Source of the DNA: a virus
Virus record (IMG/VR): IMGVR_UViG_3300024346_000017
Location: 1-64,000 of that record
Reading direction: 5' to 3' (one strand)
DNA length: 64,000 nt
Shown: one piece after another, positions 19,676-29,197 of the stretch
Layout: every line of letters begins with the position of its first letter
Numbering within the stretch: the first letter of the stretch is position 1
The notes under the pieces: model-generated
Told to the model about the DNA's origin: nothing
Databases searched by the model: none
Seen by the model: the letters and a program-made list of their open reading frames with translations, nothing else
Program-made: the position numbers and the translations under genes

Positions 19676-20350
19676 ATGAAAAAGATTTCCTTTATTCTAT
19701 CTTTAGTTTTATTTTCAGCTTTAATGGTTCCATCTTCAAATGCGTGGGACGACTACAACACAAAGGTTTTAACTATAAAAGGGTTATGCCTACATCAGTC
19801 TGCGCTATATCAGGCATCGGGCGGCATTGGCGGAGAAGAATTGGCAGATCAGATGGATTATGCTTACCCAATCGCTGGAGAATCTTATAGAGCAGATAAC
19901 AGTATGTCCTTGCTTAAAAAATATGGGAAAGACGAAAAATTTGAATCCTCTATTACTGGACTACTCGAAGATGACCCTTATAAAGTTTTTATAACAAAGG
20001 CAACCCTTGTTCCAGAGCCAAGCAACAAGTTTGATAAGTTTGCAGTTAAAGTTTTGATTAAAGGAAAGCATGTTGGTTATGTGCCAAGCTTAGTTTCATA
20101 TGATGTATCGCTAATGATGCATAAAACTAAAAAGAAATCTTTAATTGTTAATTCTTGCATTAGCCATTATCCAGGAGGCCAAGGCCCACAGGTTTCTTTA
20201 GATCTTACAACATCATTTCTAGGAGATGATTACGAAGCCGAATACAGGATGGGATTGTGGTTTGGTTATAATGATTGGGTGGAATATGGCCCAGGAACAA
20301 AATGTACAAAATACTTTAGCAAATGGTACTGTGGTCCATTTGAAAAATAA
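19676..20350 (+). CDS. Signal-peptide-bearing HIRAN-domain protein
   Basis: MKKISFILSLVLFSALMVPSSNA; IAGESYR...LVPEPSNKFDKFAVKV...VGYVP. Confidence 0.72.
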   Translation: MKKISFILSLVLFSALMVPSSNAWDDYNTKVLTIKGLCLHQSALYQASGGIGGEELADQMDYAYPIAGESYRADNSMSLLKKYGKDEKFESSITGLLEDDPYKVFITKATLVPEPSNKFDKFAVKVLIKGKHVGYVPSLVSYDVSLMMHKTKKKSLIVNSCISHYPGGQGPQVSLDLTTSFLGDDYEAEYRMGLWFGYNDWVEYGPGTKCTKYFSKWYCGPFEK

Positions 20351-20560
20351 AACTAAAGCAAATACCTACTTACTAATATTCTTATCCCCATTTTTAGTAT
20401 TAACACTATTAATGATTGGTATTACCGTTAAGTCTATAGTTCAAAACATGGAAAGCTTTTTATGGCTTGCATCTATATCCTCTGTTGTTATATTGTGGGC
20501 AATGACTCTTAATCGTTACGTAAAATACAATGAAATGGCAGAAAGTGAAACGGTAAATAC

Positions 20561-20773
20561 ATGAAATCATCTAGAGATAAGTCAATGCTAAGTGCCTCAA
20601 AGGCGAAGCCTTCTGGCGTTGATCTGCCTAAAGAGGCCATGGATATCTTAAAGAGATTGCAGGCTGCAAAAGTTTACGGCAGTAAAAAAAAGTACGACAA
20701 GGTATTGCAAGAGCTTGCAAAAGCACATCCAGATATGTCGTCAGATATATTTAAACTAAAGGTATGGGAATAA
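20561..20773 (+). CDS. Hypothetical basic protein
   Basis: ORF. Confidence 0.55.
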   Translation: MKSSRDKSMLSASKAKPSGVDLPKEAMDILKRLQAAKVYGSKKKYDKVLQELAKAHPDMSSDIFKLKVWE

Positions 20774-21139
20774 TAACAATTAATGCCTATTGCATAATAT
20801 GCAAGGCTAATGTGATTGGCAAGCTAAATGAGATAGTAGTCCTTGAGTCTGGGCATTGGCTTCATATAGGGGAATGTCCTGATTGCTGCTATCAAATTAA
20901 AAGAATAATAAGAAGAGATATTGCCCCCATTTAGTGAAGCGAAAAAGTGAAGCGGAAAATAAGAGAGGGTTTAGTCAACTACGTTGACATAAATGCTATA
21001 ATATATTATATGAATGAAGCAAAAATACCAGGATATAAACAAAATCCACCAGACTGGTGCGATGATTGTAAATCTGCTGGAGGGGAAGAGTGTCCAGATT
21101 GTGGATGCACTCATAATTGTTGAAAGGCAGGTGTAAGTA

Positions 21140-21466
21140 ATGGATAAGTTTCAGTCTTCATATGGCAAGTACATGAAAAAGGTCATGATAGCAGACTTGA
21201 TCAAAGAGTCTGAAATTCCAGTACCTGGAGATCCAGAGGATGCTGGGATAGAGAACGTAATAGACCTATCTCCTATTGGTATAGCCACATACGAGCATAA
21301 CCCTGAACATGACGTTTACATCGTCACACTTAAGCTCGAAAAGGGCGGGGAATCAATACAATACGTATTAGAACCCCAAGGACTAAAGGATCTAATAGAG
21401 TTAGGCAAGAAGTATTTCTATCAAGAGATGGAATCCAATACCTTTGATATGAGCAAGAATGATTAA
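21140..21466 (+). CDS. Hypothetical protein
   Basis: ORF with AGGTG RBS. Confidence 0.6.
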   Translation: MDKFQSSYGKYMKKVMIADLIKESEIPVPGDPEDAGIENVIDLSPIGIATYEHNPEHDVYIVTLKLEKGGESIQYVLEPQGLKDLIELGKKYFYQEMESNTFDMSKND

Positions 21467-22048
21467 TCACCTGATCTGTAAAATAATAGGACATGCTATA
21501 TCTACACTAATAGCTGAGAATGATCCCTATACTGGACAGGTTTACCTATTTTGTAACAGATGCAAGGCATACTTGCCTAGCATGTACATAGAGTAATTTA
21601 AGTCCTAACTCCTATATCCCCCTCCCGTTTTCCTTGTCTCATATAGCCCTTAGAAGGCTTATATAGTGGAGTAAAGTGGAGCATAGTGGAGAATATATAC
21701 TATAGATTACCTATCATATACTATAGTTATATCTATTTAAACAATACTATGATATCGAGCATATCAGATCTTAACCCGTAATGTCAACAGGGGCATATGG
21801 ACTTATATGAGACATAGCGCATATTCCAGCGAATTTGTCAATAGGGTCGTAAATGGCATATTTGGCCCACATTGTCAACATATTTTGTATAACAATTTGA
21901 TATAAATTCTGACAGATTCTGGGTATATTATGCCTAATTCATTATATGTTTTATTAGATAATATATTCATTTTATTATATTCTCCTGAATATTCCAGGGA
22001 TTTTTTTAGCTTGGTCGTAAAAGAAAAATATTGCCCCCATGCCCACAC

Positions 22049-22092
22049 AAAAAAAGATATCCACAAGACCTGTGTAGATCCTGTGGATATCT
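22049..22092 (-). terminator. Intrinsic terminator closing the minus-strand block
   Basis: AGATATCCACA...TGTGGATATCT inverted repeat followed on the minus strand by a U-tract. Confidence 0.8.
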
Positions 22093-22116
22093 GGGGCTAT
22101 ATATGTTTATTTAATC

Positions 22117-22392
22117 CTATGCTGTGATAGGCTCAAAGTTCTCAATGTAATCATTTAGTCTATCTGCCATCATTAGTGCTTCTGATGTAGTGCCTTCTTC
22201 CCAAGCATTATCAAATTGTCCCGCCGTCTGTTTGATAATTTCTACAACCAGTTCCATTACCTTAGATTGAGTATAATATCCACAACCATTAACTAATTCT
22301 CTAGCCATGATAGTTGGATTAAACCAATGACTATCCATAGCCTCTAATACCTTCTCGGCTGCTTTTGTTTCTATTGAACTTGCCTTTGCCAT
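22117..22392 (-). CDS. Hypothetical protein
   Basis: GGAGG RBS, ORF. Confidence 0.75.
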   Translation of the reverse strand: MAKASSIETKAAEKVLEAMDSHWFNPTIMARELVNGCGYYTQSKVMELVVEIIKQTAGQFDNAWEEGTTSEALMMADRLNDYIENFEPITA

Positions 22393-22479
22393 TTCTTGCC
22401 TCCGCCCTCTAACTCTCGATTATACCAAAAATAAGAGACGGGGTCAAGGACCAACGATGCCCTAACCCCGTCCCAAGTT

Positions 22480-22629
22480 TTACTTCGCCTTCTTGACAGG
22501 TGCCTCTGCTGTAAATGTAACACCCTTTGCTGCTGCCTCTGCTAGAGCTACCTTGGCTGCTCCTGAGAAACGTCCGCGTACGCCTACTGTGATTCCCTGC
22601 TGCTTTAGATATTCACGCTTTGTTGTCAT
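22480..22629 (-). CDS. 49-aa Lsr2-like DNA-binding mini-protein (not in the ORF track)
   Basis: MTTKREYLKQQGITVGVRGRFSGAAKVALAEAAAKGVTFTAEAPVKKAK; own TTTACA-17-TATAAT promoter, AAAGGGG RBS and downstream hairpin. Confidence 0.75.
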   Translation of the reverse strand: MTTKREYLKQQGITVGVRGRFSGAAKVALAEAAAKGVTFTAEAPVKKAK

Positions 22630-22855
22630 TTGTTAATCCCCTTTCAAGAGATAGTTGTTTTATTAATTATAGCAACTTTTCACGGAATTGTAAATAGTTA
22701 CCGTAAGCCATTTTTCCTGCCCTTAAATTTGATCTGTCTGCTCTACTCTATCTTTAATTAGTTTAGAGATTATATTATGTGCTTCAATATTCTCAGTTTC
22801 AGATCCACCCCACAAAAGCTTTTGGGCTTTGTTTAACTGATCATTAATATAGTTG

Positions 22856-23194
22856 TCACTCATCCTCATCTTCGTCTTCCTCCTCTTCTTCTTCAAACAT
22901 TGTGTCTACAATGTATTCACGATTCATCATCCATTCAAGGACGTCATCATTGTGCTGTTCCGCCCCGTATTCCAGGGAGAAGCCCATACCAGCCTCCACG
23001 GCCTCACAGAGGTGGTCCCACATGTCGTCTATGGTGCAGTTCTGCTTGTAGGTCTCATCCTCAAAGATGTTGTTAATTGTGGACCATGTCCACAGCCATA
23101 CTAGCGACAGGCCAAGGTCGGTGCTGTCGAGAATCTTTAAACATTCGTTTAGTTTATCTTTATCTTCAGGCTTCATTACGTGCTCCAATCGCAA
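22856..23194 (-). CDS. Acidic hypothetical protein
   Basis: ORF with poly-E/D tail. Confidence 0.7.
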   Translation of the reverse strand: MRLEHVMKPEDKDKLNECLKILDSTDLGLSLVWLWTWSTINNIFEDETYKQNCTIDDMWDHLCEAVEAGMGFSLEYGAEQHNDDVLEWMMNREYIVDTMFEEEEEEDEDEDE

Positions 23195-23462
23195 ATGATA
23201 GTTGATAGGTTAGTTGGTACAGTTCGACCAACATATCTAGTCGTCCCTCTGCATTTGTACGGTCCATAGAATCCATTGCTTCTTCGGTTTCTTCCTCCCG
23301 TGCAATTGCGTCAGCAAGTTCCTGCTCTGCAATTAGCATTAGGTTTTTTAGTTCCCCGTGCATTATATCTAATCCAGTAACACCTGCGTCCACCATACGT
23401 TGAAGGTGAGGCGGGAGTTCAAGAGATTCTTTATCAGTAAACATATCATCAGATATTGTCAT
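23166..23462 (-). CDS. Hypothetical protein
   Basis: TGTCAG promoter and AACGAAAGG RBS upstream. Confidence 0.75.
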   Translation of the reverse strand: MTISDDMFTDKESLELPPHLQRMVDAGVTGLDIMHGELKNLMLIAEQELADAIAREEETEEAMDSMDRTNAEGRLDMLVELYQLTYQLSFAIGARNEA

Positions 23463-23671
23463 TCATATACCCTTTCGTTAGAGTTATTCATTATATCAGT
23501 AGCCACTGACAATAAATGTTCGGTTGCTTCAATTGCTCCTTGGAAGTAATCATCTGAAGGGTCATATTCATCATCCTTCAAAGGCTCTCCATTTTTAGTA
23601 GCCTCCCAATCTTGATTAAGACTAATTAGATGTAACTTCATATACTCTAGAAATACTGATGATTTAGTCAT
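23459..23671 (-). CDS. Hypothetical protein
   Basis: TGTCAG promoter and GGAG RBS upstream. Confidence 0.7.
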   Translation of the reverse strand: MTKSSVFLEYMKLHLISLNQDWEATKNGEPLKDDEYDPSDDYFQGAIEATEHLLSVATDIMNNSNERVYE

Positions 23672-23955
23672 AGTAATATTCTCCCGTTTCTCTATTGAAA
23701 TATCTTACCATAGAGCACTGACAAGTAAAAATTCCAGGGACATCTGAACACTCCCAGTAATGCTGACATTTAGCCCCCATCAGTCAAAATACCCTTCTGC
23801 CCATAGTCCTTGAAGAAAGTCATTTGTCTTTAACAAAGCATCAACTAAGAGGTCCTTGTCTATTTGTTCCACACCTGAATTTAAGATGTAAAACAATTTA
23901 GCATCGTGCACGGCATTAATCATTTGATCTAAATCTTCTTTAGTATAACCTAGCA

Positions 23956-24186
23956 TTATAGTTCCTCATTCCATTCTAAGTAGTATTGGTCACCTGGATT
24001 TAAATCATAGAATAGATTAAATCTACCCTTTAAATAATTACTATCTGACATTTCTGCAAATCTAAAATCTGCATATAGTTGGCCTTCATCTAAATTAGCA
24101 TTAACCCAATCTTCAACAAGCATTGCTCCTATCTCAGAATATGTCATATCAATTACCATTTCATTTTCATTCTCTAGAAAACTCAT
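23956..24186 (-). CDS. Acidic hypothetical protein
   Basis: ORF overlapping the upstream stop. Confidence 0.7.
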   Translation of the reverse strand: MSFLENENEMVIDMTYSEIGAMLVEDWVNANLDEGQLYADFRFAEMSDSNYLKGRFNLFYDLNPGDQYYLEWNEEL

Positions 24187-24923
24187 TCGGTTCCCACCTT
24201 TCTATATTCGGGTACTTTAGTTTCTAAGTATATAGCATGGGTCTGACATTTTGCTACCGCCTCTAGGTCTGCCTCTCCTAGCCAATTGCAGTTGCCACAG
24301 ATTTCACCGCATTCTTCTTCTTCACAGTATTCCATTTGGTTAATGGCATCACAATCACGACATTGATTGTCGTATTCTGATTCTGAGATAATTTCTCCAC
24401 GAAGCATCTCTAACTCCCCACCCCAGCCTGTCTCTTCCTCATATGATAAAGTAAATAGTAATGTTGGGTATTGTGCAGATAGTTTAAGTAAAGCATTTAT
24501 TGGACGAGACCAAGCAGTATTAAAGTTATAGTGGACTACATAGTTCTCGCCGTTCTCGGCTTCCTCAATAGTTGTATCAGGATATTCATTACCCTCTGCT
24601 ACAGCAACATCCCATTTAGTGCTCCACTCACGGACATTAAAGTTGTACCAGTCATTGGTTTCAAACTTCATTGCCTCAGAAAAGTCGGTGGAACGAGGAG
24701 GCTGTCCATGATAGACCTCATCAGTAATACCAGCATCTCTATAGTTATAGATATTATGAAAAGCAAAGATAGGATTAACATACTTAGTCTGCTTGACTGA
24801 ATATGCTAAATCACCTGTAGGTGTAATAGAATAAACAAATGGCTTATTCATCTGCTTGATTAGAGATTTAACTTGCTCAGGATTTCCCTCGATAGTCAAA
24901 CCATTAAATACCCAATTTGGCAT
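24183..24923 (-). CDS. DUF1281/Api92-like ferredoxin-fold protein with Cys-rich tail (start MPNW)
   Basis: MPNWVFNGLTIEG...DWYNFNVREWSTKWDV...FNTAWSRP...LSYEEE; RBS AACGAAAGG. Confidence 0.72.
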   Translation of the reverse strand: MPNWVFNGLTIEGNPEQVKSLIKQMNKPFVYSITPTGDLAYSVKQTKYVNPIFAFHNIYNYRDAGITDEVYHGQPPRSTDFSEAMKFETNDWYNFNVREWSTKWDVAVAEGNEYPDTTIEEAENGENYVVHYNFNTAWSRPINALLKLSAQYPTLLFTLSYEEETGWGGELEMLRGEIISESEYDNQCRDCDAINQMEYCEEEECGEICGNCNWLGEADLEAVAKCQTHAIYLETKVPEYRKVGTE

Positions 24924-25208
24924 TTTATATCCTTTCGTTGATATGTTCCAATTATACAATGGACCACTGACATATGGAATGGTTTATGGGTGTGTTTCAC
25001 ACCACATTTTCCAGCTATGTGGTCAAGATCACAAAATTCCAGGCGATTTGCTATTGACACCGTAAAAGAAATATATTACCCTTATTTTTTGCGGGCCAGC
25101 TGCATATTTGTCAAGTTATGAAGGCTGCTAGAGGTTCACCAACGAAAGTAAAAGAACTCTGCTTTATTTAACCCCTGGCCTGCGAAGACTGTTAGGGGCA
25201 CCCTGTGT

Positions 25209-25613
25209 TTAATCTATTAGTATTAGTTCCTGTGCATATTTTGTTACAAATGAATCAAGACTCATTACAAACAGTGGCTCATCTTGGACGCCTCGAATTT
25301 TATTCTCATCGCTAAATGTGGCCTCTTCATGAAGACTAAATTCACCTTTAGAAAAGTTAATGATAGGAATCTTGTGCTCATTATCTGAACGTTGGTTAAC
25401 TTGCATTCCCCAACCTGTTTCGCTGGTCCACTCATCTTTAATTAGATTAGAGATAGCAATCCGCGTTGCATATGATTCGTCATCCCACCTAGGACGAGCC
25501 TTGTCTACAGCACGTGCTAGCAGGTCCAGCATGCCGCCACCAGCCCAGTGTCCATATACTACAATTGTATTGCCATTAGATTGTGTAAATCCAAAGTTTG
25601 CACGGTCTCCCAT
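25209..25613 (-). CDS. Hypothetical phage protein (MGDRA...YGHW type)
   Basis: ORF. Confidence 0.75.
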   Translation of the reverse strand: MGDRANFGFTQSNGNTIVVYGHWAGGGMLDLLARAVDKARPRWDDESYATRIAISNLIKDEWTSETGWGMQVNQRSDNEHKIPIINFSKGEFSLHEEATFSDENKIRGVQDEPLFVMSLDSFVTKYAQELILID

Positions 25614-25615
25614 GT

Positions 25616-25813
25616 TTATTCCGCCATTTCTACTAGTTGAGGTGTTTCTTCCTTTTTGTTTAATTCTATCACTTCGTAAGCAATCTTGTCAAGACTAGGT
25701 TTGAACTTATTAAAGTGGTGGCCACAGAAAGCAAGCTCTCCACTAACCATCTTAACAAGATACATTGCAGGTACTACTGAATTACATTTATCGCAGCCTA
25801 TCCATTCACTCAT
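25616..25813 (-). CDS. Small Zn-binding protein
   Basis: CDKC...LAFCGHH. Confidence 0.7.
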   Translation of the reverse strand: MSEWIGCDKCNSVVPAMYLVKMVSGELAFCGHHFNKFKPSLDKIAYEVIELNKKEETPQLVEMAE

Positions 25814-25964
25814 AGCGCACCGCCTTCAATCATGTCAGATAATCGATCAAGAATCCAAGAGTCGATATCATTAATATCAATCTCTGATAACTTCTCCATT
25901 AATTCTTCACGAGCAAATTTATACCCGTCATCAAAACCATCTCTGTAATCTGACATTATATCTC

Positions 25965-26168
25965 CTAGTATCCTGTAACTTTGCTGTCGCTAACATAAGA
26001 TTCAATTAAGTTATACTTATCACGAATCCTACTTACTTTCTCAATACTACCAGTTCCAATGTTGAAAGTCAATGCAGACATTGCTTCGGGGTCTAGCCCA
26101 GTTATCTCTGCATCCCAATAGGCTCTCTCCATGGAGAGCCTATCAGGAGCGGTAAGTTCAAAGTACAT
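25965..26168 (-). CDS. Hypothetical protein
   Basis: ORF coupled to the upstream stop. Confidence 0.7.
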   Translation of the reverse strand: MYFELTAPDRLSMERAYWDAEITGLDPEAMSALTFNIGTGSIEKVSRIRDKYNLIESYVSDSKVTGY

Positions 26169-26830
26169 TAGTTCTCACGAACATTACATACTTCAGTGTC
26201 AACAATTTCAATGTTGCCATTTTGTGAATCAACATATAGGTTGTCGTAGATTTCTTGTTCTACATCTGTATCTGAATCAGCAAGTAAATCTAATTGAATA
26301 GTACCGCTAACCTCAATTGTTGCAGACCACTCAACATCTCGTGTCAAAGCAATGTCAAGCGCTTCAGCAATTGAGCGAAGAGTTTCTTGGTCATCTGAAT
26401 CGGCATATGCTTCAGTAATAATATCTCTGACTGTGTCAATTTGAGATAGCAAGGTGGTCACACGCTTTTGTGATTGGCGCCCATTGTGTAGGTCCCATTC
26501 AATACTGGTAACCTTATCAGTTGCATATTCTGCATCTGAATATCCACGAATAACTTTATATGTTACTAATAGATTAGAGTTGTATGACTCAGGGATTGGT
26601 GTTGTTGTTACTGTTGATTCTTCCATTGGTTCCTCTTTCGTTTGGGTTGAAGGTGCAATTGTAGCATGCTCCACTGACACTAATGTGGTCTTGCGTCCAC
26701 ACGGGCATGTGAGTTCTGTCACACCTGAAGGAAAACCAAATCCATCAGATGATGTTAGTTCTATTAGGCAATCGCATTCATCTGGGTCACAGACAAATGT
26801 ATATTTACTTGATACTAGTTCGTTGGTCAT
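26168..26830 (-). CDS. Hypothetical protein with N-terminal Zn-ribbon; leaderless start 26830, second in-frame start 26626
   Basis: The ORF-track extension to 26995 runs through tRNA-Asp; TACAAT lies 7 nt before ATG 26830. Confidence 0.7.
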   Translation of the reverse strand: MTNELVSSKYTFVCDPDECDCLIELTSSDGFGFPSGVTELTCPCGRKTTLVSVEHATIAPSTQTKEEPMEESTVTTTPIPESYNSNLLVTYKVIRGYSDAEYATDKVTSIEWDLHNGRQSQKRVTTLLSQIDTVRDIITEAYADSDDQETLRSIAEALDIALTRDVEWSATIEVSGTIQLDLLADSDTDVEQEIYDNLYVDSQNGNIEIVDTEVCNVREN

Positions 26831-26936
26831 AAAGAGAATTGTACCAGGTCCCACTGACAACTGTCTATAGATTTCAGGGGATTTTTTATGTGACCCGTAA
26901 CACAAGATTTGACCCCGCACCTTTGCGGGCATTTTG

Positions 26937-27010
26937 CGATCTGTAACGGACTTGAACCGTCGACCTCTACCGTGACAGGGTAGCGCTCTAACCAACTGAG
27001 CTAACAGACC
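26937..27010 (-). tRNA. tRNA-Asp(GUC)
   Basis: Minus strand GGTCTGT...CTACC-CTGTCAC-GGTAG...GGTTCAAGTCC...ACAGATC-G. Confidence 0.93.
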
Positions 27011-27021
27011 AAGAAAAAAAT

Positions 27022-27051
27022 TGTGAGCAGTTTTTATTCATGCTCAGGAAT
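27022..27051 (-). ncRNA. Putative compact H-type pseudoknot, copy 1
   Basis: AUUC-CUGAGCAU-GAAU-AAAAA-CUGCUCACA. Confidence 0.55.
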
Positions 27052-27059
27052 TTATTTAT

Positions 27060-28067
27060 TTAGAAAGCAGAAACCAATTTCTTGATTTTGTTTTTCTCAG
27101 CAGTTAGAATTGGGTCAAAGCCTGATGCACCAGCCATTAGTGTTTCAGCATTGCCACGTGATGAACGATAATAATCTAGGCGTTCAGTAAGCGCATTAAA
27201 TGCACCCCATTTTGTGCCCTTGATATTAGCATTAGTTGGTGAGTTATGATAAAGGTCATCAAGAAGAACAACCTTATTTTCCCACTTAGTAAGAGCAACC
27301 TTTGCTGCATCCTTATCTGGCTTAGGATAAATTGTCTGAATCAACTTAGAGAATTCAGCATCGGTGATTGCTTGTGAGTAAAGCGCCTTTGCTTCAACTT
27401 CGAATTCATCAAAGTATCCAAGAGCAAGACCGAGAGTCTCACGAGCAACGGCAATGCGACCTTCAACAGATTGCGTGTGACGAATCTTGAATGATTGCTT
27501 AGCATTACGCATTGCAAGATTCAAAGTGTTTTGGCATACAACACGAACAGGGGTAACGGCTGCTTGAACGGCAACTGAACCATCGTGAGATGTCCATACG
27601 ATTAAATAGAGTTTAGTTTCATCGTTGGCGCCTTGTGGGTCAAGAACCATTGTGCGAGGAATATCAACAGTACCGAATACAACTTTGCCCTTCTTAAGAG
27701 AACCAGCAGATTCCCAACGGCAATCAGCGTTTGCATCATGAATTGCATCCGCAAAAGCGAATAGTTCTTCATTCTGCACAGGCTTGTAGCGCTTACCAAC
27801 AGTGGCAAGAACATCGGTGCCCTTGTTGAATGGGTTGTCACGAATGACAAGAGATGCGGTAGATACATCATTCCAAGATTCTGGAATATGCTCAGTGATA
27901 GGAGACAAGCGAACATTCCAATTGGAAAGTTTTGCTTCGTCTAGCATCGTTTGTGTTGTGACTTCCTCATCTTGTGTAAAGATTCGGTTTGCAAGGTTGT
28001 GCCATGCAGGTGCGCCACGTAGAGCGAAAGCAACTTCGCCGTTTTCGGTTTCGAGATTATGAGCCAT
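27060..28067 (-). CDS. DUF932 (phage/plasmid TIGR03299-like) protein
   Basis: MAHNLE...PAWH...YKPVQNEELF...ESAGSL..G..VF...TSHDGS...TPVRVVCQNTL...IRHT...GTKWGAFNALTE. Confidence 0.88.
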   Translation of the reverse strand: MAHNLETENGEVAFALRGAPAWHNLANRIFTQDEEVTTQTMLDEAKLSNWNVRLSPITEHIPESWNDVSTASLVIRDNPFNKGTDVLATVGKRYKPVQNEELFAFADAIHDANADCRWESAGSLKKGKVVFGTVDIPRTMVLDPQGANDETKLYLIVWTSHDGSVAVQAAVTPVRVVCQNTLNLAMRNAKQSFKIRHTQSVEGRIAVARETLGLALGYFDEFEVEAKALYSQAITDAEFSKLIQTIYPKPDKDAAKVALTKWENKVVLLDDLYHNSPTNANIKGTKWGAFNALTERLDYYRSSRGNAETLMAGASGFDPILTAEKNKIKKLVSAF

Positions 28068-28283
28068 TATTTTTTACCTTTCGTTTGATTAGTTGTAAGT
28101 ATAACATCTGGCACTGACATTGTCTAGGATTAGATACAATATGTCCGAATTGATCCATGTGAGTAATCTCACAAAATTCCTGGCGTTTTCCACAGGCCCT
28201 CTTAAACCTGTGGATAACCCCGCACCTATGCGGGCATCTCAAATAATAAGATGGGGCGGGATCAAGATCCAGCCCCAAACCTA

Positions 28284-28517
28284 TTACTTATTTACTATTA
28301 AAGACTTTACGTAATTAACTGTCTCCATAGGAAAGAATGCTGCAGATGTTTTCTTCTTATTCTTTTGGTCATAAACAAAAGCTTTAACGTTTCCGTCAAA
28401 CTTTTTTAGATTAGAGAATACTAATTCCTTTAGGCTTTCATTATCATAGCCTTCATCTGAGTACATCGTTAAATCATTTGCTTTTACTTCATCGTACATT
28501 TCAATCTTGAAACGCAT
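28284..28517 (-). CDS. Hypothetical protein
   Basis: ORF, AAAGG RBS. Confidence 0.7.
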   Translation of the reverse strand: MRFKIEMYDEVKANDLTMYSDEGYDNESLKELVFSNLKKFDGNVKAFVYDQKNKKKTSAAFFPMETVNYVKSLIVNK

Positions 28518-28550
28518 TGTGTTGCCTTTGTTAGTAGGGACACCCGAAGG

Positions 28551-28580
28551 TGTGAGCAGTTTGGCGACTTACTCAGGTCG
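28551..28580 (-). ncRNA. Putative compact H-type pseudoknot, copy 2
   Basis: CGAC-CUGAGUAA-GUCG-CCAAA-CUGCUCACA. Confidence 0.55.
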
Positions 28581-28614
28581 TTCGCAATTTATCGTTATGC
28601 GAGAACGATTTTAT

Positions 28615-29037
28615 TTAGAGATAACGAGCAACCGCATTGTAAGTGCTTGTGCTAACTACTTCCTCATCTGTCATTTTTAGAATACGAATAGCATTAGAGA
28701 TTTCCTCTTTCTGCTCACGATAAGTATGAACATGAAGTGTCTCAAAGTCCTTCTCAGGCTCTTTAGGCAAATCCTTTTCTAATACTGTCAAGTCAAAGTC
28801 AATGTTTAGGTTGTTTGACCATGAACGATAGTTAGTACGGAAGTTTTCTGCCTTCTTGATGTTAGCAATAGCGTAGTCTTGCACTTCTTTCTGCCAAACC
28901 TTACGCAACTTTTCGTACTTTGCTTCGTTTGCTTCTTGTGAAGCGTAGTCTGACTCTAGTTTTGCTAGTGCAGTTTCTAGTGCCTTGATTACCTTTGGTG
29001 TTGCTATCTTTACTGAGATTGCTTTTTGTCGTGCCAT
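28615..29037 (-). CDS. Hypothetical phage protein
   Basis: TGTCAG-type promoter plus AACGAAAG RBS. Confidence 0.8.
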   Translation of the reverse strand: MARQKAISVKIATPKVIKALETALAKLESDYASQEANEAKYEKLRKVWQKEVQDYAIANIKKAENFRTNYRSWSNNLNIDFDLTVLEKDLPKEPEKDFETLHVHTYREQKEEISNAIRILKMTDEEVVSTSTYNAVARYL

Positions 29038-29197
29038 TTATTTTCTCTCTTTCGTTGGTTGGTTGATTAGTATAGCAGGGGGGTCTGACATTTTCCCCGA
29101 AGGGAGAGAGTTCTTACTTACGACATTGGACTAGAACACTCTCTGAAACTGTCCCTGTTTCGTGGCTTAGCACCCTGTTAAGGTGTGTGCCTCCGTC

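Noticed and set aside
22055-22092. ATATCCACA/TGTGGATAT as DnaA boxes
   Set aside because: One mismatch each, and better explained as the stem of a terminator with a U-tract.
26831-26995. N-terminal extension of ORF 26168..26995
   Set aside because: It runs through tRNA-Asp and the promoter module; the real start is 26830 or 26626.
29092-29197. Hammerhead or pistol ribozyme
   Set aside because: GAAAC is present but there is no CUGANGA core or convincing pistol consensus.
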